Source of the DNA: Piromyces finnis finn
Taxonomy: Eukaryota; Fungi; Neocallimastigomycota
Assembly (NCBI GenBank): GCA_002104945.1
Contig: MCFH01000038.1
Span: forward strand, 186,001-250,000
Length of the DNA: 64,000 nt
Direction of reading: 5' to 3'
Shown here: piece by piece, positions 11,166 to 21,999 of the stretch
Layout: every line of letters starts with the position of its first letter
Position numbering within the stretch: position 1 is the stretch's first letter
The notes under the pieces: model-generated
Database searches by the model: none
Told to the model about the DNA's origin: nothing
What the model saw: only the letters and a program-made list of their open reading frames with translations
Program-made: the position numbers and the translations under genes

Positions 11166-13157
11166 TTATCTTTCTTTAAACTTTGAAAATAGATGAAATT
11201 TTGATTTTAATATGTCGAAATAATGTCGTTTTAAAATTGAAGTTACTGATTTGATATAATCTTTTAGATTGAAAATAATTGAATTTGAAATACTTTCTTT
11301 TACACTTTTTATTATACTGAAATATATATTCTTAAACGAATTATTTGATGAATTTTTGATTATATCATTTTGTTTATTTCGCTTTTTTCTTGATTTTAAT
11401 TTCCTGTTAATATTAATATTCAAATGATTATATTTTAGAATTTTACTTTTATTTTTATATATCTTGATTTTGTGGCATTTTTCGTGAATAATTGGCGTTT
11501 TTTCTGCTTCATCACGGCCGACAAGATTTGACTTATTAATTGAAAATTTAATAAGTGAATCGTTTTTAATTCTTTTTGGAAATTTGCTGAAATTTGAATG
11601 AAAAATGTGATATTTTGGATAAAAATATTTATTTTTAAATTTGAATAAATGTCGAAATTTAATTGAATAAAAAAGTTTGTTTTTATTGTTAAAAGTCGAA
11701 TTAAAATTTTGAATTTTGATATTATTATTAAATGAATTAAATTGAGATTCATTAATATTTGATGGATTGAAACAATGAATCATTGAAATATTTGAAAGAT
11801 TATTTTTATTTTGTTTAAAATTTGAGGGACGAGCAACCATAATAGGAGATGAATTAGTTTTCATGTAGAGAGAGTCATCATCAGGATCAATGTATAATCG
11901 GTGATTCTTTTGAGATTGACGACCTAATATAATATCATAACATGAATCTTCATCTTCTAGAATCCAGAATAATGCATAGATTTTTAAATCACCAAATTTA
12001 AGAGTTAAATTAACAGCTTGATTTGTTGAAATAACTTGTTTGCTAGCTAATTTAAAGAAAGTTCTCTTAAAATGTGTAATATTATGATTTGCTGATATTA
12101 AATTAAAGAAGGATTTAGTAATAACATTAACATCAGAACCAGTATCTACTAAAACTCGGACAATGTTATTATCAATTGAGCCAATGACAGAAGCAATGTT
12201 GATTTTATTAATGACATTAATTTCGTTATCTGCTATATTGATAATATCATCATCATTGTCATTATCAGCATCATCATTGTTTTCATTATTTTTATTATTA
12301 TAATTTTCATTAATGATATTAATAAATGAATTAATATCATCATCATTAAGATCCATATTTTGAATGGCGTTTATTTTCCGAACATCATTTGGATCAAGCT
12401 TTAAACCTTTGGCACAAAGTCTTCTGATGATAGGACTGACTGCAAGCAATTGTGCAAAAGAGATACCAGCATTTGTATTATTAAGGGCATCAAAAATATT
12501 ATATTCTTTATTTTTGCCCAACATGACAATAGAACGTAGGAAGTCATAATAGTTGCTTTTGGGAGACTTTTTGCTATCTATAACTTCTTCTAATTCGTCC
12601 TGTTTACTTGGTATATCTGGACCAATTCTTCTTTTATTTCTGGTTTCTTTATTTTTCATCTTAGCAGAGGAAATATTCTTGCCTGCAATTACCGAGGGGT
12701 CTAAGATGTCTAGGCGGGAAGTAGTGGTATGAAAATTTGAATTTTTCTCATTACGAATTTCTTGCTGTTCTTTCATCTGAGTGGCCTTTGTATGTATTGG
12801 TAATGGATTTTCTCGAAGTTTCTTTTTCTTCGACTGAGTCACGTGATCCTCATCATCACTTTCATCACTTTCTTCAGAACTTTTTCTCTTGAATGCATAA
12901 ATAAGGTTTTCGATGTCCTTATCATCGACTGTATTTGTCACGTGATCACGTGTAACGTAATCCTTATCATCTTCATTGATTGGATCATCCACCAAAGGGT
13001 TAGAGAATTTTTCTTTAGAATTTGGAAATTTTTTTGTTTTATGGAAATCACGTGTATCATCAACATAGATTTGCTCATTAATGTTGTTGATGTTGTGGGT
13101 TTGGTTATTATCAATTTTGGAGTTAGAAGGGGAAGATTGAGAACTTCCCCCATTTAA
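11166..13157 (-). CDS. ORF2 of element B: aspartic protease plus low-complexity tail, fused to Gag by -1 frameshift
   Basis: VLVDTGSDVN and DIILGR retropepsin motifs. The frame is open from the slippery site through the tracked ORF 11166-12995. No YxDD or integrase motif. Confidence 0.87.
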   Translation of the reverse strand, partial: LNGGSSQSSPSNSKIDNNQTHNINNINEQIYVDDTRDFHKTKKFPNSKEKFSNPLVDDPINEDDKDYVTRDHVTNTVDDKDIENLIYAFKRKSSEESDESDDEDHVTQSKKKKLRENPLPIHTKATQMKEQQEIRNEKNSNFHTTTSRLDILDPSVIAGKNISSAKMKNKETRNKRRIGPDIPSKQDELEEVIDSKKSPKSNYYDFLRSIVMLGKNKEYNIFDALNNTNAGISFAQLLAVSPIIRRLCAKGLKLDPNDVRKINAIQNMDLNDDDINSFINIINENYNNKNNENNDDADNDNDDDIINIADNEINVINKINIASVIGSIDNNIVRVLVDTGSDVNVITKSFFNLISANHNITHFKRTFFKLASKQVISTNQAVNLTLKFGDLKIYALFWILEDEDSCYDIILGRQSQKNHRLYIDPDDDSLYMKTNSSPIMVARPSNFKQNKNNLSNISMIHCFNPSNINESQFNSFNNNIKIQNFNSTFNNKNKLFYSIKFRHLFKFKNKYFYPKYHIFHSNFSKFPKRIKNDSLIKFSINKSNLVGRDEAEKTPIIHEKCHKIKIYKNKSKILKYNHLNININRKLKSRKKRNKQNDIIKNSSNNSFKNIYFSIIKSVKESISNSIIFNLKDYIKSVTSILKRHYFDILKSKFHLFSKFKER

Positions 13158-13163
13158 TTTAAA
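13129..13163 (-). promoter_or_regulatory. -1 ribosomal frameshift signal of element B
   Basis: In-frame heptamer T TTA AAT (13163-13157) directly before the gag stop, then stem GGGGAAG/CTTCCCC (13150-13144 / 13135-13129) with an 8-nt loop. Confidence 0.85.
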
Positions 13164-14008
13164 TGGTTTTGGGTTTTGAGGAGGGTAGCTATGATTTTGT
13201 TCACATCGGTCATTTCGTTTGGGCAGAAGCGGGCATCATGTCCTTTCTGGTTACAACGGTGGCAGATATGAATTTTCATCTGGGCAAAGCTTTTGGTCAA
13301 AGCATCCAGATCTGATTCTTTAGCTTCTTCTTTAGTAGTCTTTTCATTATCAGTACTACTATTATTTTCGTTATTATTATAAGAGGTTTTATCTTCAACT
13401 TCTATTTTTCTCTTATAATAATTATTTTTGTTTTGAGTTCTTTTATTGGGTACATATTCATCATCACTTTCATAAGCAGATAGAAGCTCATCTGCTTTAA
13501 TAGCAATGACCATAGCATCCTTTAAAGTTTTTGGTTGTTTGTTAATAAGAGAATTTAATATAGAAGTTCTCCTATTAAAAGCTTTTGTATAAAGAAAAAC
13601 AAGTCTTTCTTCAGAAGGCTTGTCCCTTTCTTTAATTTCTTTCAAAAGGTCGTTAAAAGAACGGTTAAATTCTCTAACAGAGCTTTTGTTTACTTTTATT
13701 TTTTCTAACTTATTTAGGTTTCTATTAGAGGTTTTATCATCCTCAAATAAGTTAGATATTTTATTGATAAATTCATTATAAGATAGGGATCTATCTTCAT
13801 AATAAATATCACTACAAAGATCCTTTGAGTTACCGGTAGTAGCAAGCAAAGCAATTCTCTTCTTTTCTTTTTCAGAAAGAGCTAAGTCTTCTAAGATATC
13901 TTCAAGTTCCATTTTCCATCTGAAGAACTTAGTATTTTTCTTGCCAAGAGGGCTTATTTCTTTAGCCATACTAGCGGCTCTTTCAAAATTGTTTTTATTT
14001 TCAGTCAT
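13154..14008 (-). CDS. gag: Gag of element B with CCHC zinc knuckle (284 aa)
   Basis: CHRCNQKGHDARFC nucleocapsid knuckle. First ORF after the PBS. Confidence 0.92.
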   Translation of the reverse strand: MTENKNNFERAASMAKEISPLGKKNTKFFRWKMELEDILEDLALSEKEKKRIALLATTGNSKDLCSDIYYEDRSLSYNEFINKISNLFEDDKTSNRNLNKLEKIKVNKSSVREFNRSFNDLLKEIKERDKPSEERLVFLYTKAFNRRTSILNSLINKQPKTLKDAMVIAIKADELLSAYESDDEYVPNKRTQNKNNYYKRKIEVEDKTSYNNNENNSSTDNEKTTKEEAKESDLDALTKSFAQMKIHICHRCNQKGHDARFCPNEMTDVNKIIATLLKTQNHLN

Positions 14009-14090
14009 ATTTAGTAAATAAATAAGATAATTATACTAAATATACTAATTAATAGGAATTATTTAAATTTTCGGCTTTCCCACGGGACGA

Positions 14091-14106
14091 CTGAGGTTCT
14101 CCACCA
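14091..14106 (-). promoter_or_regulatory. tRNA-type primer binding site of element B (probably tRNA-Ala)
   Basis: Minus strand TGGTGGAGAACCTCAG, 2 nt after the 5' LTR. The implied primer ends ...GTTCTCC-A-CCA, with U70 and A73 as in tRNA-Ala (G3:U70 identity). Confidence 0.78.
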
Positions 14107-14108
14107 CT

Positions 14109-14728
14109 TGATAACGGATTGGTAGTTATATTACAACTTTTTAACTACTTCTTCTGTTATCTTATATTGTTTTATCTCGACAGCTATTGTACGAGCTTTA
14201 ACAATATCTACTTGTTTTATTATTTATTTTAATTTATTTTATAATATTTATAGTTTTATTATTTAATAATATTTATATAGAATAATAACACCAGATTTAT
14301 TCTATAAAATATTATTTATTATTAACACAATAATTACAAATTAGACAAGTTTAATTTCGTTTTTATATTTTCTTTTATTTATTGTTCTTACGCTCTTTTT
14401 AACAATAATTTTTATTATATAAAAACTTATTTTTTGTCTTTTAAATATTATTATGTATTCACTAATTAATTATATTAACTATTATTAAAATTTAACTTAT
14501 TATTAGTAATCTAAGTCTTCCTATTTTCTACTAAAAATTATTATTATTCTTTATATTAAAAATTATTTTTATAATTTAACCCAATCAAATATATAAATTT
14601 ATAAAATATTTGATTTTATGTAAATTATATTTTTATAATAAACTATATAAAATTATTTAATAATTATTTTATAATAAAATTTTCTACTAATATCAAATTT
14701 ATAATATATTTATAATTATTATTTATCA
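14109..14728 (-). repeat. 5' LTR of element B
   Basis: Direct repeat of 10195-10814. Ends 16 nt upstream of the tRNA gene. Confidence 0.96.
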
Positions 14729-14744
14729 AGAAAAATCAGTAATT

Positions 14745-14816
14745 GGGGTGTTAGCTCAGCGGTAGAGCAATTGACTGCAGATCAATAGGTCTTCGGTTCA
14801 AATCCGGAACGCCCCT
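14745..14816 (+). tRNA. tRNA-Cys (GCA)
   Basis: Acceptor stem GGGGTGT/ACGCCCC, anticodon arm ATTGA-CTGCAGA-TCAAT, T-arm GGTTCAAATCC, discriminator U, and a T-run at 14821-14825. Confidence 0.97.
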
Positions 14817-14904
14817 TAAATTTTTATAACATTTTAAGAACTTCAATAAATTAATTATTAAATATTAACTTCAATTTTATTTATAAATTTATAGATTTAC
14901 ACTT

Positions 14905-15448
14905 TTAAAAATTAAATAAATAATTATAATCTACGTTATTATATTTTCTAATTTTAACACCAGCTTGTTTAAATAATTCTTTAATATATTCATCATGTCT
15001 ATATTCTAATGCGTAAACAACTTCAATTATACCAGACTGGACTGAAATATCATTATCATTTAATATGTATAATATAATATATATAATAAAATATATAATT
15101 TGTTAATCATAATAAAACTAATATTGTAATATTATATACTATTTTAATACTTAGAAATTTACTAATTTTTATAGTGCAGCCTATACATGGACATGTATTA
15201 CAATATAAAGTTGCTCCATTTGCTTTACCTCTGCCAGCTTCCAATAATGCATTTTCTTCTGCATGAAGACAAAGACATAAATCTAATTGAGTTCCCATTG
15301 AAGCATTACTATTACATCTTGGACATCCACCTTCATAACAGTTTGCTATATTTCTTGGTGTACCATTATATCCTGTTGAAATAATATAATGATTTTTTGT
15401 TAATATACATCCTACCTTTCTTTTCATGCAATTTGAGCGTCTGTTATC

Positions 15449-15487
<39 letters not shown>

Positions 15488-16212
15488 TCATAAAACAATT
15501 GTTAAATGTATAGATAGTGTTAATATAGTATTTTTAAATAAGCATGTAATTAATTTAAATAATAAATTAATTAATATTACCTAGCACTAAGAAAACTTAA
15601 AGTCATAAAATATGTATCCCATGAAGGTCTTAATCTTTCAAATCTAGTTAAATCTTTTTCTTCTAATAAACTATAAAATTCATTTATTGATTTACAAACA
15701 TTTTCTATTTTTAAATCTGATTTATTCATTAAAGAATTAAGACCCCTATCGAACATTTGTATATCATCTAATTTACAAAATTCTTCAAAGGATAGTATAT
15801 TTTTGGAATCATTATTACTGTTATTGTTAAAGCTTTCCTTATATCTTTGATATCTTTGTGTTACTGGAGCATTTACTGAAATTAATAAAAAAGTTGGTCT
15901 TTTTCTTAGTAAGAGTAAATCTGAAGAAATACATTCAGAATATAAGACATAATTTTTATTCCAATTAGAAGTAACAAAATCTAACAACTTTTGTGTATCA
16001 TCAAATACTATTAAATTATCATTTTTTAGAATTTCTTTTTCAATTAGATTTTTTTTACCGTAATCGTTAATATTATTGGATGTAAAATTTACTAGTTCAT
16101 TATCTACATTGTTATGTTGAAGATAAATCTCTTTAAATTGGTGATTTTCTACTAAATAATTAGCAATAGTTCTTTTCCCCGCTGAAATTGGTCCTATAAT
16201 TGCAAAAAACAT
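14905..16212 (-). CDS. DCD1: dCMP deaminase, 3 exons (about 16212-15581, 15440-15163, 15041-14905)
   Basis: N-terminal P-loop-like region typical of the fungal enzyme, RPSWDTYFM, RSNCMKRKVG, and zinc-deaminase HAEENA...PCIGC. GT-AG introns restore the frame. Confidence 0.93.
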
Positions 16213-17048
16213 TATAAGTATTTATTAAAATTGAATTGAATAATTATTTTCGAAATATAATAAAGGTAATACTTTAATTTTAGTTTTTTTTTAAAAAAAA
16301 AAAAACGAGAAAAGTAATTATTAAATTTTGTCCAATACATTTTTAGATCTACATTTAAATGTATACAAAATTTAATATTTCCTAAAAAAAAAGCAAAAAT
16401 TTGAAAAAGTTTAAATTTTAAATTTTAAAATTTTATATAATATTAAAATTTATATTCTTAATAGATTAAAAATACTAAAAGGAAATATTCATAAATGTTC
16501 AATAACCCTTTATATAGTTTCTATATAATTATTATTTTTAATTATCACTTCATCTTTTTTTAATAGTATATATAATATAAAAAATTGAAATACTATATTA
16601 TTAAATTATAATATTTATAATTGGATTATTAGTATAAAAATAAATTAGAGAGATATGAAATTGATTTGTAAATTGAGAAAGGCAAAACAAAAGTTTTAAA
16701 TTATAAAAAAAAAAACGAAATATATAATATATATTCTATATATGGGATAATTTTTAATTATTACAATAATTCATATAATTGTAAATATTTTTTATATTGT
16801 TATTATTATTATTATATAATTATTATAAGAATCTTTTAACTATTTGAAAATAATAAAACTGAATTATTTATTTTTAAAACATAATAGAATAATAATATTA
16901 TAATAATTGATATTGATTTATTGTCATAATTTCTTTTATCTATATACATAATATTAGAGTATTCAATATAAAAAATCCTGTTTTCATAACATCAAAGAAA
17001 TAGTAATATAAGTTATTATTTAATTTTTATTAATTTAGTAGAATAGTT

Positions 17049-20000
17049 ATGGAAAAAAAAACAGTTCCTGTAAAGGAAATATATACCAAACAAGAAATTA
17101 TTGGTATATTTCACTATTAATTATTATTATTATTGTTGTTGCTGTTATTGTTGTTATTATTATTATTCACATAAATAAAAAAAACCTTTATATAATATAA
17201 TAGGGCGAGGTTCTTTTGGAGAAGTATATAAAGGGTATTACATAATCATATTTAATAATGGCAATATTGGAATTGGATAATATTATTAATTTAAATTATA
17301 TATTAGAATCAATAAAATCACTAGTGAAATAGTTGCTATAAAAGTTTTGGATTTAGATACAGATGATGAAGATATTACTGATGTGCAAACAGAAATATCA
17401 TTTTTATCAAAATGTGATTCTGAACATATTACAAGGTATAGGGGCTCATATTTATGTGGGACAAAATTATGGGTAATTATGGATTATGCTTCAGTTGGAT
17501 CAATTAGAAAAATTGTAAGAATAGAAGAAAAAATCGCAAATACTTTGTTGAAAAAATTTAAATAAAACACTTTTTAATTGAAATAATTATTTATAACATT
17601 AGTTAAAATCAGGAATCATAGAAGAAAAATACATATCAGTTATCATTAGGGAAGTTTTACATGCATTAACCTATTTACACAAATCATGTGGTATTATTCA
17701 TAGAGATATAAAAGGTATATTATATAAAATTATAAAAAAGGACTTGTTAAGCATTAATTTATTAATAAAACCAGCTTTTTTTTATTATAGCTGCAAATAT
17801 TTTATTAACTGGTGAGGGTTCTGTAAAATTATGTGATTTTGGTGTTGCTGGTCAGATATCTATGACTTGTTTACGGCGTAATTCATTTGTTGGAACTCCG
17901 TAACCTTTAATAATTTCATTATTATATTTTATATATTTAAATTTTATTTATATAATTGATTATTAAATTTCATATTTTAATAATAATTATAATAATGTTA
18001 ACAACAACAATAATAATTATAATTCATTAAAGTTATTGGATGGCACCAGAGGTTATTCAGAGATCGAGTTATGACTTTAAAGTAATAAATAAAAATTATT
18101 ATTTAGGATTATATATTATAAAATTTTTTTTAAGTTTTTATAATGTTTATTCAAATACAAACTATATTTAAAGGCTGATATATGGTCTTTAGGTATTACA
18201 ATAATTGAAATGGCAACAGGAAATCCTCCATTTGCAAATGAAGATCCTAGACGTGCTATTTTCTTAATTCCAAGAACAAAGCCCGCTAAATTAGAAGGAA
18301 AGTATTCAGCATCATTAAAAGAATTTCTTGGATTATGCCTTAGGGAGGAACCTGATGATGTAATATATTCTATAATTTTAAAATATAGAAAAAAAATTTA
18401 TATTAAAGTATTTTATAAAATTAATAAATTTCTATTTTAAGAGACCAACTTCTGAAGAGCTACTAAAAACAAAATTCATTAAAAATTCATCAAAAGGAAC
18501 TTCAATATTAATGGATTTAATTACAAGGCATGAAAATTGGAAATTGACGAAGAATGATGAATCAGATGATGAATTAATAAAATTAAATGACGAAGAAATG
18601 TATATAATAATTCATATATTTAATTTTTAATATATGATATTATTTATTATATAATATTATTATATTATTATATATTAAATAGCAATGTATATTATTATTA
18701 TTTATATTTTAAAAATGTGTAAAGTGAATCTGAGACAAATGATGAAGAAGACTATGAATGGATATTTGAAACTATAAAGTCAACGTCGCATGAAAAAAAC
18801 AAACAAGATATTGATAATATAAAAGAAGATTCTTTATTAAAAAACCATGGCAAAAGTAAATCAATATTTGATCAAATGGAATTAAGTGAAGCAGATGGTA
18901 CAGTAAGAGAGACAAAAAATAAATTTAAAGAAAATAATGATGAAATAACAAAAGCAATAATTGAAAAAATGAAATTAGATCAAAGTTGGTATAATAGTAA
19001 AGGAATTGATACATCATCAATGGCAAATGAAAAATATAAAGATATACTTAATAGTATCTCAATAAAACAAAATGACAATACAAATAAAGAAGATATTCAA
19101 ATATCACTAGAAAACTTAAAAATATCCAATAATAATGAACAACCATTAGCTGATACTGAATATGAAGATAATTGTAAAACTATTTCAGGTAATCCAGCTT
19201 CATCAAGTTTAGCAGAGTTTTCAATAAACAATCAATGTCTTAATGATGCTTCCACTGACAATAGTAATTGTAATAACGATGATGAAGATGAAGACGAAGA
19301 TGAGGATGAAGATGAAGAAGTAGATGAAGAAGATTATGATTCTATAGAAATATTAAAAAAAGGTGTTGCTATAAAAAAATTATCAATAAATCCAGCTGTA
19401 TTAGATCCGGATTCTTATTCTGCTGGACAAAGTTATTCACCAGTATATTCTATTAAATCATATAATTTTAATAATACATCAATTGACGTTTCTGTAAAAA
19501 ATCCAAATGTATCAAATATTATAACAAATAATATCAAAGGAAAAACAGGAATTAATAAATCACCTCAAAAAGCAATATCTGATTTAGTAAATAAGCCACA
19601 ATCAGTATATAATGCAAATTCATCTATTTCAACAATACAGTCACCATATACACCATTATTAAATTTGAATTCACCTATAACAACAAATTATACAAATTCT
19701 TCTTCTTCTTCTCCATTATCTAATGAGTCGACTCCAAAAATAAATGATCCTATTCCAGTTGCATACATTAATAGCAATAATAATAGTAATAATAATGCAG
19801 ATATCACAAAACCACACTCCATTCAGTCCTCCCCATTTACAACGAATATGCCATCTCAACATACTCTACTATTAGCAAGAACTTCAATATCTGCACCTTC
19901 AACTACTACATCAACACCAACTACTATTAATGTTAAGAAAAGTCTACAATCACCTTCTGTTCTTTTCCAAAATAAAAATAAAATATTATCAAATATGAAT

Positions 20001-20888
20001 AGTAATATTTTTAATTTATATATATAATATAAAATAAAATTATTTAAATAGTTTTAATTACACAGAAATATATTTTATAAGTTTATAAATTGAATATTTA
20101 TATTAATTCATTTATATTTCCTTTTTTTTTATTACAGTTCATTCTCATATTAATAATAATAAGAAAAAAAATATACTGAGTCAATTTCCTGTTATTTTAA
20201 ACACAAGAAATAGTAATATTAGGAAAAAGACTATTGAAAGTCATTCCGCAACAAATATAAAAGGAATGATAAGAAAATTATCATTAAATCCGATAGATAA
20301 GCATAATATTATAGATAGTCCAACTAAACCAGTATCACCTTACAGTAAGTAATTTTAATACAAAAATTATATATATGATTTTATTAAGTTAATATTATTA
20401 AATTATAAATATGTATATTTTTCAGAAACACACTATTATTCTATATCTTGTCCACAAAATAATAATTTCAAAAAAAGTTTTAATATTAATGATCTTTTAG
20501 AAAAAACATCACCTCAATTACCATCTGTAAGTATATTAATATAATGATATATATTATTTATATATTAATATCAATAATGTGATACTATTGTCATACTGAT
20601 AATAAATCATTTATAAAATTACAAATATATGATAATATTATTAATTATAAAAAAAACCAGGAAAATGTAAATGATAAAATTAATTTTAAATTAAAAAAAC
20701 CAGGATCATACTCTTTTTTAGTTAGTAATAATAAAAAACCTATAACAGTGAATAATTTACATCTATATGAGAAAGACGCATTAGAAAAAGAAATAAATGA
20801 TGCGATAAATGAAACTATTCAATGCTTAGATGCCTATCATGCTTTATTTTCGGATGTGATGATGCCACAATATGAGAAAAAAAAATAA
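17049..20888 (+). CDS. STE20/GCK-family Ser/Thr kinase (Kic1/Nak1/MST-like), multi-exon
   Basis: Exons give [45 protein letters not shown] and DIWSLGIT, followed by a long S/N/D-rich tail. The 3' exon structure is approximate. Confidence 0.9.
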
Positions 20889-20982
20889 TTTAATATCTTC
20901 TTTTAATCTATATAAATCATATTCATATCTTTTATTCTATTCAAAAGTAATATAAAGAAAATGTTATATAAAAAATTCATTA

Positions 20983-20983
<1 letters not shown>

Positions 20984-21050
<67 letters not shown>

Positions 21051-21051
21051 G

Positions 21052-21082
<31 letters not shown>

Positions 21083-21083
21083 G

Positions 21084-21138
<55 letters not shown>

Positions 21139-21139
21139 A
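20984..21139. repeat. (AAAT)n microsatellite, about 155 bp, with two AAGT variant units
   Basis: Seen directly. Confidence 0.97.
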
Positions 21140-21999
21140 ATACATATATAATTAAATATTTATAAAAAAATAGTGTAAAGTAATATCTAAAATAATATAA
21201 AAAAAGAGTTTTATCTTTATAAAATGATCAAAATTAATAATTCATTTAATTAATTTATATTCAAAATATTATTAAAATAAATATAGTAATTTATTTATTA
21301 TATATTTATTCATTCATTTATTTCTTATTATATATATTTTGAATCATTGTGATATTTTTATTTTACATAATAAAATTAACACAGTAATTATCAATAATAG
21401 CCAAATTACTACTCTCACATTTCTTTCATTAATTTTTTTTAAATTTCAAAATTTTAATGCATCAAATATCCATTAATATTGTAAATTTTTTTAGTATATT
21501 ATAATAAGTAAATATATATAAAAGGAAAATTGAATAATATAATAACTTTATTATAAAACATAATATCAATATTCATTTTGTTTCAAAATAAAGAAGAGAA
21601 TTTATTTATAAAATACACTAATATAAAAATATCATTACTGGTAAACATTTTTAGCTATCCCTTTAAATAGATAATATTTATTATTTATATTGCATTATAA
21701 ATAAAAAATATTTTGGAAATTTAAAATCTAAATTTATAATTTTACATATATATAACCTAAATTTACTGATATATAATATTTTTTATACCTAAAGTGATAT
21801 TATTAACAATATAATAACAATATAATCGAGATCCTTATTTATTATTATTATAATAAAAATAATAGATATGAATAAAATTAATTATAGTAAGTTATTAAAT
21901 ATAAATATTATATTGCTTTATTAATTATATTGTTTTTTAGAAAATAAAATTAATATATTAGATATATACTGAAAAAATAAATATTAACTGAAAAAACTA

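Larger units (their letters stand above)
10195..14728 (-). mobile_element. Non-autonomous LTR retrotransposon, family B (gag + protease only), 4534 bp
   Basis: Two 620-bp LTRs (TGATAA...TTATCA) that look identical by eye, 4-bp TSD AGAA (10191-10194, 14729-14732), tRNA-type PBS and PPT. No RT, RNase H or IN motifs. Confidence 0.93.

Noticed and set aside
1-14728. Repeat-spacer periodicity suggesting a CRISPR-like or satellite array
   Set aside because: The units are 0.6-1.1 kb LTRs with TG...CA ends and TSDs in a eukaryotic context, with no cas genes.
20903-21145. 80-aa ORF of repeated YLFI
   Set aside because: Translation of the (AAAT)n microsatellite.
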